From the NCBI GenBank assembly GCA_965649825.1, contig OZ287695.1, positions 1,035,081-1,099,080 of the forward strand: 64,000 nucleotides of DNA. Reading direction: 5' to 3'. A program made the translations under genes and the position numbers. Below are positions 39,959 through 52,188 of the stretch, in pieces (position 1 is the first letter of the stretch; the number at the start of each line of letters is the position of its first letter). The notes under the pieces are model-generated. The model was not told where the DNA came from and made no database searches. It saw nothing but the letters and a program-made list of their open reading frames with translations. Source of the stretch: Penicillus capitatus (Eukaryota > Plantae > Chlorophyta).

Positions 39959-40579
39959 ATGGCTGAATGAAGATCCGCAAGAACACACAGAGCGAAACCT
40001 AAAGAGACACACAAACGCACACTCTCTTCCGTCCCCCATGGTCATGCACGCCGCCGCCGCCAGAGGCAGCGACGCCGAGGACCGGGTGATGCACCGCGAC
40101 CGCGGTGGATGTCATGCTCACGAGGCTTACCGTCTCAAATCGTTCGTTTGTCGAAACAGTCGTTAGAAATCGGGAATCGGGTCGAGTTCGACAGCGCGTG
40201 CACGGGGAGACCAAACGACGTTGCAAACGAACTGAGGAATGTGGTGGTAGATCCGCGATGCGAAAACGTAAAAGCTTTATGACCACATCAGACCGAAGAT
40301 GAGGCTACTACGCGACAAGACAGTTCATGTACTGAGGCTGTCATCCTTACGCAATGCTCTTACAGGTGGATGTGCCTCGAGGACATTGTCTACTGGAAGG
40401 AGAGGAGGAGGATGGGGGTATGTTTGTGCAGGTGGGGGTGGGTCGCTGGTGATGCCGTTGAGATGCATGTGGAGTGCGACGATTCGGCCGATTGAGCGAC
40501 GACATCATCATTCGCTGACCCGTCGTTGTCTTTCGCCAAGAAATGTTGCGCGTCCATTCGACCCGCGTTCCCGTCGGTC

Positions 40580-42388
40580 ATGCGCGGCCTTTGGTCCATC
40601 TCCGAGCGCGGCCGTCGTTTTCGCGACGTCCTCGGTCGAGAGGGCAACGCCTCGAAGGAAGTTTCGTCCAGTACAAGTGCGCTGTTGTGGACGGTGGGCA
40701 GCGGCAGAGTATGTTCGTGCAGTAGATCTTTGGCCGGGCACGCTCAGACATGGAGATTGTCCCTGGATGGGGTGCGCGGTGTCAAGCCGTTGCGCGTCGG
40801 CGAAGATCGAGCCGTCGGAGATGCCAAAGTCACCGAAGACGCCACGCCATCCGCCGAGTCAACTCCCGAGACAAATGGCGCCGTATCATGCCTCCCCATT
40901 CAAGACCCTCGGAAAAAATGCGCTTATCTAGATGGCATCACCTGAGAAGAACTACTCGAGGGAGTTTGTCTTCCGACGTCTGATCGTCTTCGCAGGAATC
41001 GTCGTCGGATATTCTTCCTATTACCTGACACGCAACAGTCTAAACTATGCGGCACCAGTGATGGTGGCAGATCCGGCCCTCAGCATGGATATTACACAGA
41101 TTGGCACCATGACATCGGTGTTTCCAATATTCTATGGATTCAGTAAATTTGCGAGCGGTGTCTTGGGAGCCAAAACGGAGGCGAATGTTTTATTGGCTGG
41201 TGGTCTCATGGCAACGGCCATTGTCAATATCCTCTTCGGATTTGGCGCCTCTCTCACATGGTTCTGTTTCTTCTGGGCTATGAATGGTCTACTGCAAGGA
41301 CTGGGTGGGCCATGCTGCGCACGGATCTTGACAAATTGGTGGGCATCTGGCGAAAGGGGAACGTTCTGGGGAATGTGGAACATTGCACACAATATTGGCG
41401 GCTTCTTGGCACCGATCATCGTTGGAATGACAGCCAAGGCATTTGGATGGAGATGGGGTATGTGGACGCCAGGCATCATTGGACTATCGATCGGATCCTT
41501 CGTCCTCTGGGCTGCCAGAGATCGACCGGAATCTCTAGGATTCCCTCCTGTCGAAGACCCGACGGCCGTAAAGGTGATCGATCTCTCTCTGTGTCCTTGA
41601 TCTGAGGGTCTGGCGGTTAGGCGGCGGGAGATGGGGCACCAAAGGTCAAGAAAAAGGAAGAAGGGCCAGGGGTTCTGGAGATACTGATGGAGAATGTATT
41701 GAAGAATCCTTACATCTGGGGAATGGCTCTGACCTATTTCTTCATCTACGTCATTCGACAGGGCGTCACCACATGGTTCGTCTTCTTTCTCCTCAAGGAG
41801 AAGAACGTCGCCGATGTTGGAGCGGCCGCCGTACGTGTCTCTGGATTGGAATTGGGCGGATTGGCCGGCAGTCTATTGGCTGGACGATTCAGTGATCATC
41901 TCATTCGAACGGCCAAGAAAGGTCAAGGCGCTGTCGGAAAACGCGTTCAGGTCACACATCTCTCTCACTCTTTTTGATCTCACTAGAATCCTGTGCAGGT
42001 CGTGATGCTATACACTGTCGGTGTGGCGATTGCGCTGGCATGCTTCCGTGTTCTGCCCGCCTCCCTTGGCACCCTTCAGTGGGTCAATGTCTTCATGATT
42101 GGATTCTTCCTCTACGGACCCCAGATGCTGATTGGCCTGTGCGGAGCTGAGCTTGTGGGCAAAGAGTCTGTCGGCGCGTCCGAAGGCTTCTTGGGATGGG
42201 TGGCTTATCTGGGTGCAGCCAATGCTGGCATCCCGCTATCGATGATTGTGAAGAACTATGGATGGAATGCCTACTTTACGGCCTTGACGGTTGCATGCGG
42301 TATGGCATTGCTGCTCTTGTCACCTATGGTCAACTTGAAGAGCGATGTCCAAAAGCAAGAGGCCAAACTGGAAGCTGGCCTGGCGTAA
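40580..42388 (+). CDS. UhpC-type MFS sugar-phosphate transporter with N-terminal extension (probable plastid targeting)
   Basis: YYLTRNSLNY, FYGFSKFASGVLG, LQGLGGPCCARILTNWW..GERGTFWGMWNIAHNIGG, LELGGLAGSLLAGRFSD, GFFLYGPQMLIGLCGAE. Start at 40580 (ATG) is approximate. Confidence 0.9.
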
Positions 42389-43122
42389 ACTCATTGCATC
42401 TCACCCATTGCTTTTTGTTTATAACGGATTCTTGTTACGCTGACGCACACAATGGAGTCACCCTCTTCGAGTGTGATTTGTTCAATGGGGTTGTTTCTTT
42501 GGCGTGTATGCTTCTCCTCTTTTGTTGGGCAAGATGTGTGAAGTGTTTGTTGCCGCCGCCTTAACGAATCGATGATTCTAGGATTCTTCAAGCACTTGTG
42601 CTCATAAAGATCGAAAGACTTTACAGTACTAGACCGTTCATGCATTTAAAGCTTAAAAGAAAGATCATTTGAAGGACAAAGAAGACTCCACTGACGTCTA
42701 CCAGTCTTATATGGATGATTCATACACGAATTCGATGCAACAGCTGTCAGCGTGTGCTCAACTCCGTTTTTTTCTGTCGGTAGGTGTCCATAGGATATGA
42801 GCAGGAGATCTCTCGACGGTGCAAAGATCTGTTCTGCCTCTTGTCCACCTTCGTCGAGGAATCGACTGTCACTCGACCGATTCTCGTTATCTAGACGGCG
42901 AGGCCGTGCCTTGTATGTTACGGCACTTATCCGCTCTGCAGACCAACGATACGCAAAAGTCTGGCAGCAGTCACATCAAAGCCGTTTGATCGCACTCCTG
43001 CCCCATCGACAGAGTGTATAAATTCGGTTTGAGTCGTCGCGATATTCATTCACTCTTTGCTCGTGCCTTCGCCGTTTCGTCCTGCGATCGTTCTTTTTCG
43101 CTTTCGTGAAATACAAACACCG

Positions 43123-44164
43123 ATGTCGTATCAACCCGAAGACCTCTGCAGCGGATTCGACATTCTCTATGACTTCGGAAAACCCTCCAGTTATGCACAT
43201 CGCGGTATGACGCTCGAAGAGGCATATCGCCGCGGAGAAAACCCATTCCGCGAGCTGGTCTACCACGGGCACGTGCCCAACTTCGTTAGAAAACTAAAGG
43301 CCCGTGAAGATCTTAACCGTTTGCGTCCTGGACACGCCAACGGCACTCTAGAAACCAACGAGACGCTCCGTCGCCAACAAGAGGTACAGCGCGACTCGCA
43401 ACAATTCCCATCGGTCACATATGTATCCCTGAACCTAGGAGGATTGGCTGATCACTGTCGACGAAGATCCGACGATCATGAAAGATGCCGATGCTCTCGT
43501 TGCCAATAAAGTATGTTCTTGTTTCCTGGATCCCATGGGCGACATCTCGTTGTCTGTCTGCGATTAGGTGGAGGCGCTTCGGGAGAAGGCGAAGGCTAAT
43601 AAACACTTCAAGCGTTGCGATTATGCAACCGCCGTTCATCACTACTCCAGATGCATTGAACTGGACCCAATGTATGCGTCTCCCATCTCTTTTTGGCTCG
43701 GTGACATCGATGTCTGTGTAGAAACGAGGTCTACTTTAGTAATCGTTCTGCAGCGTATCAGAACTTGAATGCATTTGAGAAATCGATGCAAGATGCGCAG
43801 AGAGTGGTAGAATTGAATCCTGATTGGATGAAGGGATGGGGGCGACTGGCAGTGGCGCAGTATAAACTGGGTTTGTATCGGTATGCCAAAAAATCATATG
43901 AAAAAGCACTTGAACTGCAACCAAACTACAGAATGTTCCTTGAAGGCCTCCAAAAGGTGCATATCTCCCCTTTGCATGAACAATAAACAAGCGTGTGCAT
44001 TTTTCAAGGTCCTTGAGGCAGAGCAGCAGCAGAATAAGGAGAACAGAGAGAAAAACGATGATAGAAAGAGAAAAGCCAGTATGATTGATTTTCCGGATGA
44101 CGCTCCTCCGGAGAAGCATCCTCGCATCTGGAAGGTAGCTGAGAATAAACAGGCACAGAGATAG
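43123..44164 (+). CDS. TPR-domain protein (STI1/SGT-like three-TPR unit)
   Basis: KANKHFKRCDYATAVHHYSRCIELDP, SNRSAAY...DAQRVVELNPDWMKGWGRLAVA...YEKALELQP. Multi-exon. Confidence 0.85.
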
Positions 44165-44813
44165 GCCTTTAGATGATCAGGGAGTCCACTCTCTGCCATA
44201 AGACCGTGCGACAGACATATCGAGCAGAAGTGCGTGATTCTGTGTCCATGCGGATTTCCATCCCAAAAGCAATATTCAAAGCCGATCGAGATCCACAACG
44301 GCAGCCGGTTTTGAAACTGTGGTTCAGATTCGTGAAGACATGCAGCGCTTGGTGGTGGTAGCAAAGAGCCTGTGTCTAAGTGACTACATTCGTGAACTGT
44401 TTCCAGCACTTGGTTCAAACAAATAACATTTTTGCTTCGTCCCGTCCTGATGAGAAACCACCCAACAAACACGTGACAGCAGCAGAGTGTATTTACATTC
44501 TTTGGGACAATGTTTGTTTTACTGAATCGGTTTTAATTTCAGTCTCGGAATTTCACATTCTACAATTCGCGAGGATCACTTTTGGCCAATCGTGACAGAA
44601 GTCGGAATGTTCGAACACCTGTTGTATGCTAAACTGCCCTTCCCGAAATCAAAAACCATTCCTCTCAAATGTCCGTCCACAGTGTACAGAACTCCATATC
44701 GACTGCTCTTTTCATCATAGCTGATCACCAATCCATCTGGATAGAATTTCCCACTTATCCCCAGAGATTCCAATGTGAGCCGATTGGGCTGAAGAACGAA
44801 AGTCAATCCTATT

Positions 44814-45200
44814 TTGACGAACTGCGGAAACGAAGACCTGCATATGTACGATCACTCGTTCGATGCCTAAGAACAGAAGGTTACGATTGGATAAGCTGAA
44901 CCGGAAAACAGGATAAGGTGGCAGAAGAAAGACGTGCTCTTCTCAAGAAGCAAGAGGTTTGCATTCGATGCAATAGAGCGGTAGCACAGTGTGTTGTTCA
45001 TCGTTCGTCCTTAAGTGCTCAACTGCGGAAACGACGACCTAGGACTGAACTACCACTCATTTGACGTCCAAGAACAGAAGTTCAAGATTGAATGGGTCGG
45101 CTCAAAGAACAGGATAAGGCGGCAGAAGAAAGACGTGCTCTTCTCAGGAAGCAAGAGGTTTGCATTCGATGCAATAGGGCGGCAGCATAGTGTGTTGCTG
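44814..45200 (+). pseudogene. Diverged ~200-bp tandem duplication encoding a stop-interrupted AEERRALLxKQEVCIRCNRA segment
   Basis: 44814-45000 and 45016-45198 align by eye (CTGCGGAAACGA.GACCT...AAGAACAGAAG...GGCAGAAGAAAGACGTGCTCTTCTCA.GAAGCAAGAGGTTTGCATTCGATGCAATAG). The second copy has in-frame stops. Confidence 0.45.
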
Positions 45201-45969
45201 CGAGTCCCACAGCGTGAATGGACTCGGCCTGTCGAAGACATGGTGCAGGTCTACGATGTCAACAACACCGACAAAGCGCATTTCTCGCGTCTTTTAAAAA
45301 TGTTGACGGCGCAGACCGTTTCTTGCGCGAAACTGTTCGTGTGCGACGCCATGGTTTGGCAGCATGAAACAGTGGCGTCGCATCATCGCCACGGAAAGAG
45401 TTCATCAAAACGGAAGATGAAGAGTGCGCGCCGCCAACAAACCAACTTCCCACATATATTTTCCAACTGCTTCACGACTCCACTTCGACGAACGACGGCG
45501 ACGTTGTTGCATGAAAACGCCGAAGTTCACACTGTGAAAAAGGATGCGCGTTAAGAAGTTCAGGCTGATTTCATGGAATCACTCTTGTGGTCGCTGCATT
45601 GAAAATGGTGTAAAAGCTACAATGCAGCTTCATGTCAATGTCAGTTGCAGTCGGGTAACTCTTGCAGAGGTATAAAGTCCGTTCACTTGAGCATCGCAAA
45701 TAAGCATTTCTTCTCCCTGACGCCCTCCTCCCTTACCAATACACCAGTAATTTGACTTAACAATCAACCATCGCCGAACTTGTGCGTGGAGGTTATTCTT
45801 GCTAACATCCCCGTAACGTTTTTCACCGTTTTTCTTGGATGTTAAAGAACGCGAGGCAGCCAAGGAAGCGAGTGCGCTTCAGACATCGTCTGTTAGCTTT
45901 CTCGAGACGTTTGCAAGGAAGAACGTTTCGCCCAAGACCTTACGGTGCAGCGTTCCGAATAGCGATCGA

Positions 45970-48900
45970 TGAATCTACTGCAACGCACTCCTCTGAGGGT
46001 CTTTAGAGGTCGTCCGCAAATGCGTCTTTTGAACACTGGTGTAGGTTTTTTGGTTGCTATGCCTCTGCGCCTGCGTGAGTCATGCATACGTGCCGGTGAT
46101 TTATCCCTCCATGATCGAGCAGCACGGATTCGTCTATCACGAGGTTTGTCTTGCCAAGATGGAACTGCCATACGATCTGTTCTTCACCAGGATTCCAGAA
46201 GGGTGTTGAGTCTGCCAGGGGGAGTGGAACCGCTCCTGTGCAGACAGGGAGAAACGAGACCGTTTGATGAGGCAGACCGCGAATGCTCGGATGTTGTCGT
46301 CTTCACCAGTTCCGAGTCCATCACATTTCAGATTCTCAACCTGTCCACAAACGGCGTCATTCAGCCATTTACTTCCATACCAGAGGTCAGCTGCGATGCA
46401 AGAAATCGCTCGTATCGTAGCTGACATGTTTAGGTGATAGTACCTGCAGGCATAGATGACCAGATCGTAATGTCTGCCTATGGATCGGCGGGTTTGCTTT
46501 ACACTGTGGTATCTCAACGGGCAGTGGATAATTTTCATTATGATACTGCAACAGAATCGACAGTTGAAGAATCGGAGGCAGCCAAATCTGGTTTCTATGG
46601 ACCACAGTTCGTTTATGAACCAGTAGAGTCTGCAATCAGCGAAGAATTTGACCTGGAAAAAGACTCAGATCAGGGTGAAGGGATTGTAGGCATTGGTGCA
46701 GAAGCAGCAAAATTGTCCGAGATCAGCAGCACGGAGGACGAGGCAGATCCGTCCGAGATCAGCAGCACGGAGGACGAAACACGGGGCTCCGAGGTCAGCG
46801 AGCCGCCTCCATCGCCGTCATCCGAGGTCAGCGAGCCGCCTCCATCGCCGTCATCCGAGGTCAGCGAGCCGCCTCCATCGCCGTCATCCGAGGTCAGCGA
46901 GCCGCCTCCATCGCCGTCATTCGAGAGGAGCAGGTCGCCTCCATCGCCGTCATTCGAGAGGAGCAGGCCGCCTCCATCGCCGTCATCCGAGGTCAGCGAG
47001 CCGCCTCCATCGCCGTCATCCGAGGTCAGCGAGCCGCCTCCATCGCCGTCATCCGAGGTCAGCGAGCCGCCTCCATCGCCGTCATCCGAGGTCAGCGAGC
47101 CGCCTCCATCGCCGTCATCCGAGGTCAGCGAGCCGCCTCCATCGCCGTCATCCGAGGTCAGCGAGCCGCCTCCATCGCCGTCATCCGAGGTCAGCGAGCC
47201 GCCTCCATCGCCATCCGAGGTCAGCGAGCCGCCTCCATCGCCATCCGAGGTCAGCGAGCCGCCTCCATCGCCGTCATCCGAGGTCAGCGACCCGCCTCCA
47301 TCGCCATCCGAGGTCAGCGAGCCGCCTCCATCGCCGTCATCCGAGGTCAGCGAGCCGCCTCCATCGCCGTCATCCGAGGTCAGCGAGCCGCCTCCATCGC
47401 CGTCATCCGAGGTCAGCGAGCCGCCTCCATCGCCGTCATCCGAGGTCAGCGAGCCGCCTCCATCGCCGTCATCCGAGGTCAGCGACCCGCCTCCATCGCC
47501 ATCCGAGGTCAGCGAGCCGCCTCCAGCGCCGTCATTCGAGAGGAGCAGGTCGCGTCCATCGCCATCATTCGAGAGGAGCAGGCCCATCGAGTCCTTGCCC
47601 TCGCCATCTGACGAAGCAGACACTTCAGTGACACCCCCTGTTTGCCTTCATGAGTCATGTTTAACTCGATCAAGAACGTCCAATAATTCCAGAAATTTAA
47701 TCGTCGCAGAAGATATAAACTCGGGAACAGACATTCAAGTAATACCCGCTGAATGTAATTCCTTGTTGTCTTTGTCTCGATTCCTGAATGACGTCTTTAG
47801 GGTTCTCTGAAGAAGAAGAAGAAGACTCGGCAGAGAATGACGATGAAGACGAATCTCAGTCTTTGCGGAAGCTTTTGAGAGAGCTCCCGGAAACTATCGA
47901 GACAACTGGACCTGACAGTGTCGACATCAGTGTCATCGAAGCGAACAGCACTGCCGATTTCCTTCATCCAGATGGAAGAATCAAAGAAGATCGCGTATTA
48001 CTGATGGAGTTGCATGTGAGCAAGATTCCGTCAAACACACTGATTCCTGTAGCTGTGCAATTCGGAAGCAACGTCAGTCGTAATATCTTCGTTTATCGAT
48101 GCACGTCCCCAGTGAGAGCAAAGATCGGATTGGTCCGGAGTCCTAAAAGTCAATCAGACACTGGTACTGACGAGCATTTCCAGTATCGAGTGGATTTTTC
48201 AAACTACATTCTTAACCCTCTGAATGGCGACGAGATGGATTGTTCAGATGTCCGAAATGCATTAGCAAAGTTCACGTCGCAGCACTTGACAAGTGGATCC
48301 GATCTCAAAGCCAATGACTTGCAATCTGTGAGGAATGCAGCGAGAGATCTGTCTGACTGCTTCTCGCAGCCATCATCTACGGTTCCAGAAGAAGTCGTCC
48401 GAGTGACTGGTGTCTCGGCAGAGATTAACGGAACGCAAAATCTACAGCTGCAAAATCTCCGAAAAGGCGAAAGCCCGCAGACGTCTGTACTGATCTCCTT
48501 TGAAGCCAATGTGGAGAGGCGTACGAGGATGGAGATTAGCATTCAGCCTCCGGCAGGCGTTGTTGATCTTGCTGGACAGCCGATTGAGGAGCAATCGGAA
48601 TCGTACAGAATTGAACGAAGAAATCGGGCGACACAGAGAGCAGTAGACCAAGCAGAGAAACTTGGAATAGCGTTTACAGTAATGGCCAGCACTTCTGTGG
48701 CCACTTCCGTCGCAGTGTCTGTTGGATCACCTGTAGTCATCTCCGTGTCACAATCGATGATTGCCAGTGTTGCGGAAGCGATGACATTTGCCAGGAGGTC
48801 CATGTCAGCCGCTCTTGAGTTACTCAGAGTGTGTCAGCACATTTATCTCGTATCCAAGATGGGCGTGCCAAACATGCCTGAGAATTTTGAAGCATTTGGA

Positions 48901-50659
48901 GAGGCTCTGAGCTGGACAATGCTCTACATCAAAGTGCCATGGAGAAACGACACCGAGGATCAGAGAGTCTACCTACTCGGAAATGAGACAGAAGACGGAG
49001 ATGGACAATCTGAGGGAGATACCGCATCAGATGTCGTTGTCTTCGAACGAGAGTGGCCGTACAAAAGACTCGTGCTGGTCCTCTTCTGGGCACTGATTCT
49101 GTTTGTTTCTTTGGTCACCCTGCATTGCATAATCATAGCAATCCTTTTCGGCCTCCGCTTGTCCTTACACGACAAGTTGAGATTTCCCCGTCTCGAGCTT
49201 TACTTCCTTTGCTGGGCGATTCCAGCCACGGCAGGAGGTTGCGCGAGTCTCTTTACTGGAAATATAAGTACAACACACTCAGTTGCATCAATTTTGCCAA
49301 AGAGAGCTGTTTGTTTGGCTGTACAGACCAGGTAGCTTTGGGGATCGTGCTGCTCTTTATGATACCTCTGGCTTTTGTTTTTTGGATTACTTACCTGCTC
49401 ATATCCACCTTCTCGAAGAAGCCTGAAACATACAGCGTCTTCTATGAAGTCGAAGAGGGCAGTCCTTTGACAATGACGACGAGAAAGGCGGATGATGAAG
49501 AAACTGGTGCCGCTTCACTGCGATACCTTCGCACCTCTGATGTCATGATGTGTATGTAGTTGGAAGACCTGCGAATGAGCATGACCAAAGAAAGAAAGTG
49601 GACAAGAGTATCAAGGTGTATGCACTCATCGAACGATACTTCTGGACTCCACTTCTCGGACCGCCTTATGCCTGTGGCGATTGGAAAACGATCGAGGGTC
49701 CAGCGAATAAGTTTGTGGACCGTTTTGGACCTATCTTTGAAGATTTCCGACACATTCCCGGACAGAGAAGGTGTGGATCTTTCCCTCTCGTATGTCAATC
49801 GAATCTCCTGACGAGTTGTCTGTTGCAGAGATGCTACACTTGAGATATCTTCGGATACCAATCGCGTTGAACGCGGCTACTTTTCACCCTTCGACAGCAC
49901 ATGGAATTATACACGCGTTGTTAATGGCATACAGGTTAACGGGTCAGTGTTGCGTTTACTGCGTATGATTTTTATCGCTTGTTTTATCTTGGGACAAGAC
50001 GACCCTAGCAACAATAGTCAGGGTATTGTCCTTCTAATTTTGACAATTGCTTATCTTCTTTTCCTCAGAATATTGCGCCCTAATGACGAACGGTAAGTCT
50101 CTCGCCTCGTCTCCCCTGTCGAAACATTTCACTCTTCAGGTGGAAACTGGGTATCACGTTACTTGGAGAACTATTAAACGTGGCAACCTATTGTATTGTA
50201 CTGTATCTCCTGAACAACGATAGGACGGATGAGCAAGATGTGAGACGTAACCTTGGATTGTTGATGATCTGCTTCGAGGCTTTTGGGTTCATCCTCATCT
50301 TCTGCGAACAAACGCACGGGTTCTGTCGTGTGGCCAAGGTCTGTGTTCTGCAATTTGAATGTCTGTTTCTACTCTTCTGTTTTTAGATCGCAGCCGCACG
50401 TTTCCTGCGTCGTTCCAGACGCCCTCAGATTATGGAGATTATTCGCAGAGTCCAAATACAGAACCCGCGTTATCTGGAGCGAAAATACTTCAGTAGATGG
50501 GTGAAGCGCACACTCGGAAAGGGCATTTATCCTGGGGTGTTGAGGCGAGACAAGAGAGCTCCTTTCGAAGAGTTGTTCTGGATACACCCTCCCGCAGCGT
50601 TGAGTCGCACGATGCTTCCTTATTTGGTCGGAGATAAACAAAAAGCGAAACAAAAATGA
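45970..50659 (+). CDS. Large multipass membrane protein with extracellular Ser/Pro/Glu repeat stalk (HRGP-like) and a C-terminal multi-TM domain
   Basis: ORFs 46434-47810 and 47788-49335, then TM-rich exons to 50659. First TM is followed by STSVATSVAVSVGS...QHIYLVSKMGVPNMPENFEAFGEALSW. 5' end uncertain. Confidence 0.7.
46786..47590 (+). repeat. Coding VNTR, ~25 copies of a 33/30-bp unit (TCCGAGGTCAGCGAGCCGCCTCCATCGCCGTCA = SEVSEPPPSPS)
   Basis: Counted from the translation. Variants are 30-bp units, EVSD units, and FERSR-type units in pairs near both ends. Confidence 0.97.
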
Positions 50660-50959
50660 AAATCTCCGCCCTGAGTACATCCCAGAATTTCATTGTTGTT
50701 CGTCAATATTCACACATGTCTTCAACACATTTCTCAAACATCGCAATACGACACAGAATGTTCATGTTTTTCTATTTGAATTTGAGCAGGTGGGTATTGA
50801 TAGACTATCTCAATCTATGCCTGCGAAACGAAAATTTGTCGGAACGAAGATTTGTAAGGGCTCTGTTAGGATCGACCTGGACTAGTCTTATTGCGTCTTC
50901 ATCTGCGGATTGTGCTTCTTCCCTTCACAACAGTTGACGTGTCTGTCGTTTGCGTCAGA

Positions 50960-51965
50960 TCAATTCGATTGAAACGAAAAGCATCGAACAGACTTCCCCA
51001 TAGACGAAAGATTCGAATGCTGCCTTCTCAATGGCGTCATATGTCGCCTGATCAGACGACTGTCAACGTTCCCGCGTCCGAAAAGACTCGCTCTTTCCAT
51101 CGATGTTCGCCACACGTACAATGACAAAAACTCGGCGACGCACGGTGTGCAGAGGAAAGTCTTAAGTCGCCATCTCCACAGGCCAAACGCATACAACACA
51201 CGACTGAACACATCCATTGTCGCAGGAGAATGCGAAAACGAGGAACGCCTCAGCGAGATTCTGCTCGATGAAGGCGTGAACCGACCTTGTGTGTGACTGT
51301 CGATGTCCGTGCTTTTCGAGTGGCTAATCGCGTGTTACGCAGAGAGCAAGAGCAGATCACAGTGATCTCGGTATGGCCATTGCGCGGCCGAGAAAAGCAG
51401 CGCGTGCTCCGCTGGATGATTGGTCCTTCTCCGCATCTCGAACAGTTGGCGTTCTTCTGTTTGGCACACATTGAACGTTCCATCCGGCTTCGCTTTGCCG
51501 AAAGCATTATCTGTCTGTTCTGTGCCACGAATGCAAGCAAGTGCATTCTGGCTTTGACTGTCTTATGTATGCGAGAAGGACATTGTGTCTTGTTGCAGCT
51601 TCTTTTGGCGTTGAACATATCTCCCGTAGACACGAACGAATGCTTGGCAGATACCGAATATCCGCTGACAACCCATACAATAACGGACGGCTAATCGAGA
51701 TTCGCCCGGCTTCGACCGCAGTGTCGTTGCATAAATGTACTGTTCGGGAATAACAGATACGAATGGTCCATTCGCGTCGCCCACGCAGTCTGTCTGAGAC
51801 GATATCGGGTTGCTGGTGCTGCCGCTGACCATCACAGATTTCTGTTTTTTCGATATCCATATCAACATCCGAAAGCGTGTGGTTCACGTGCATCTGCTCA
51901 AGCGATATTCCAGAAAAGACTTGGGAAATAACAAATGCGACAAGCAGCTGTCGGAAAGCAGACAA
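50960..51965 (-). CDS. Putative secreted Cys-rich hypothetical protein (multi-exon)
   Basis: Signal-peptide-like MSAFRQLLVAFVISQVFSG followed by Cys-rich minus-strand ORF pieces. Exon structure not resolved. Confidence 0.4.
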
Positions 51966-52188
51966 TGAACGGAGGACCGCAGATCGGACCCTGTTACCTC
52001 ACCAGACAACCAGGACGATCCTTTTGTGCCTGCCCTATTGACTGTCTTTGTGTAAGACGGCGAATCTTTTGCGTTCTTCTCGCAATCGAGGCCAGTGGGC
52101 CAGACATTTGACGGACGCGTGATTCAAGAATTCTGTACGACAGTTGAGAGTTAACCTTCTCGCTTGTCGCCGTGTTACCTTGGCCATC

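Noticed and set aside
46670-47631. Long antisense (GGGSLTSDDGD) and alternate-frame (RHPRSASRLHR) ORFs
   Set aside because: They are by-products of a stop-free 33/30-bp tandem repeat; only the SEVSEPPPSPS frame continues into flanking coding sequence.
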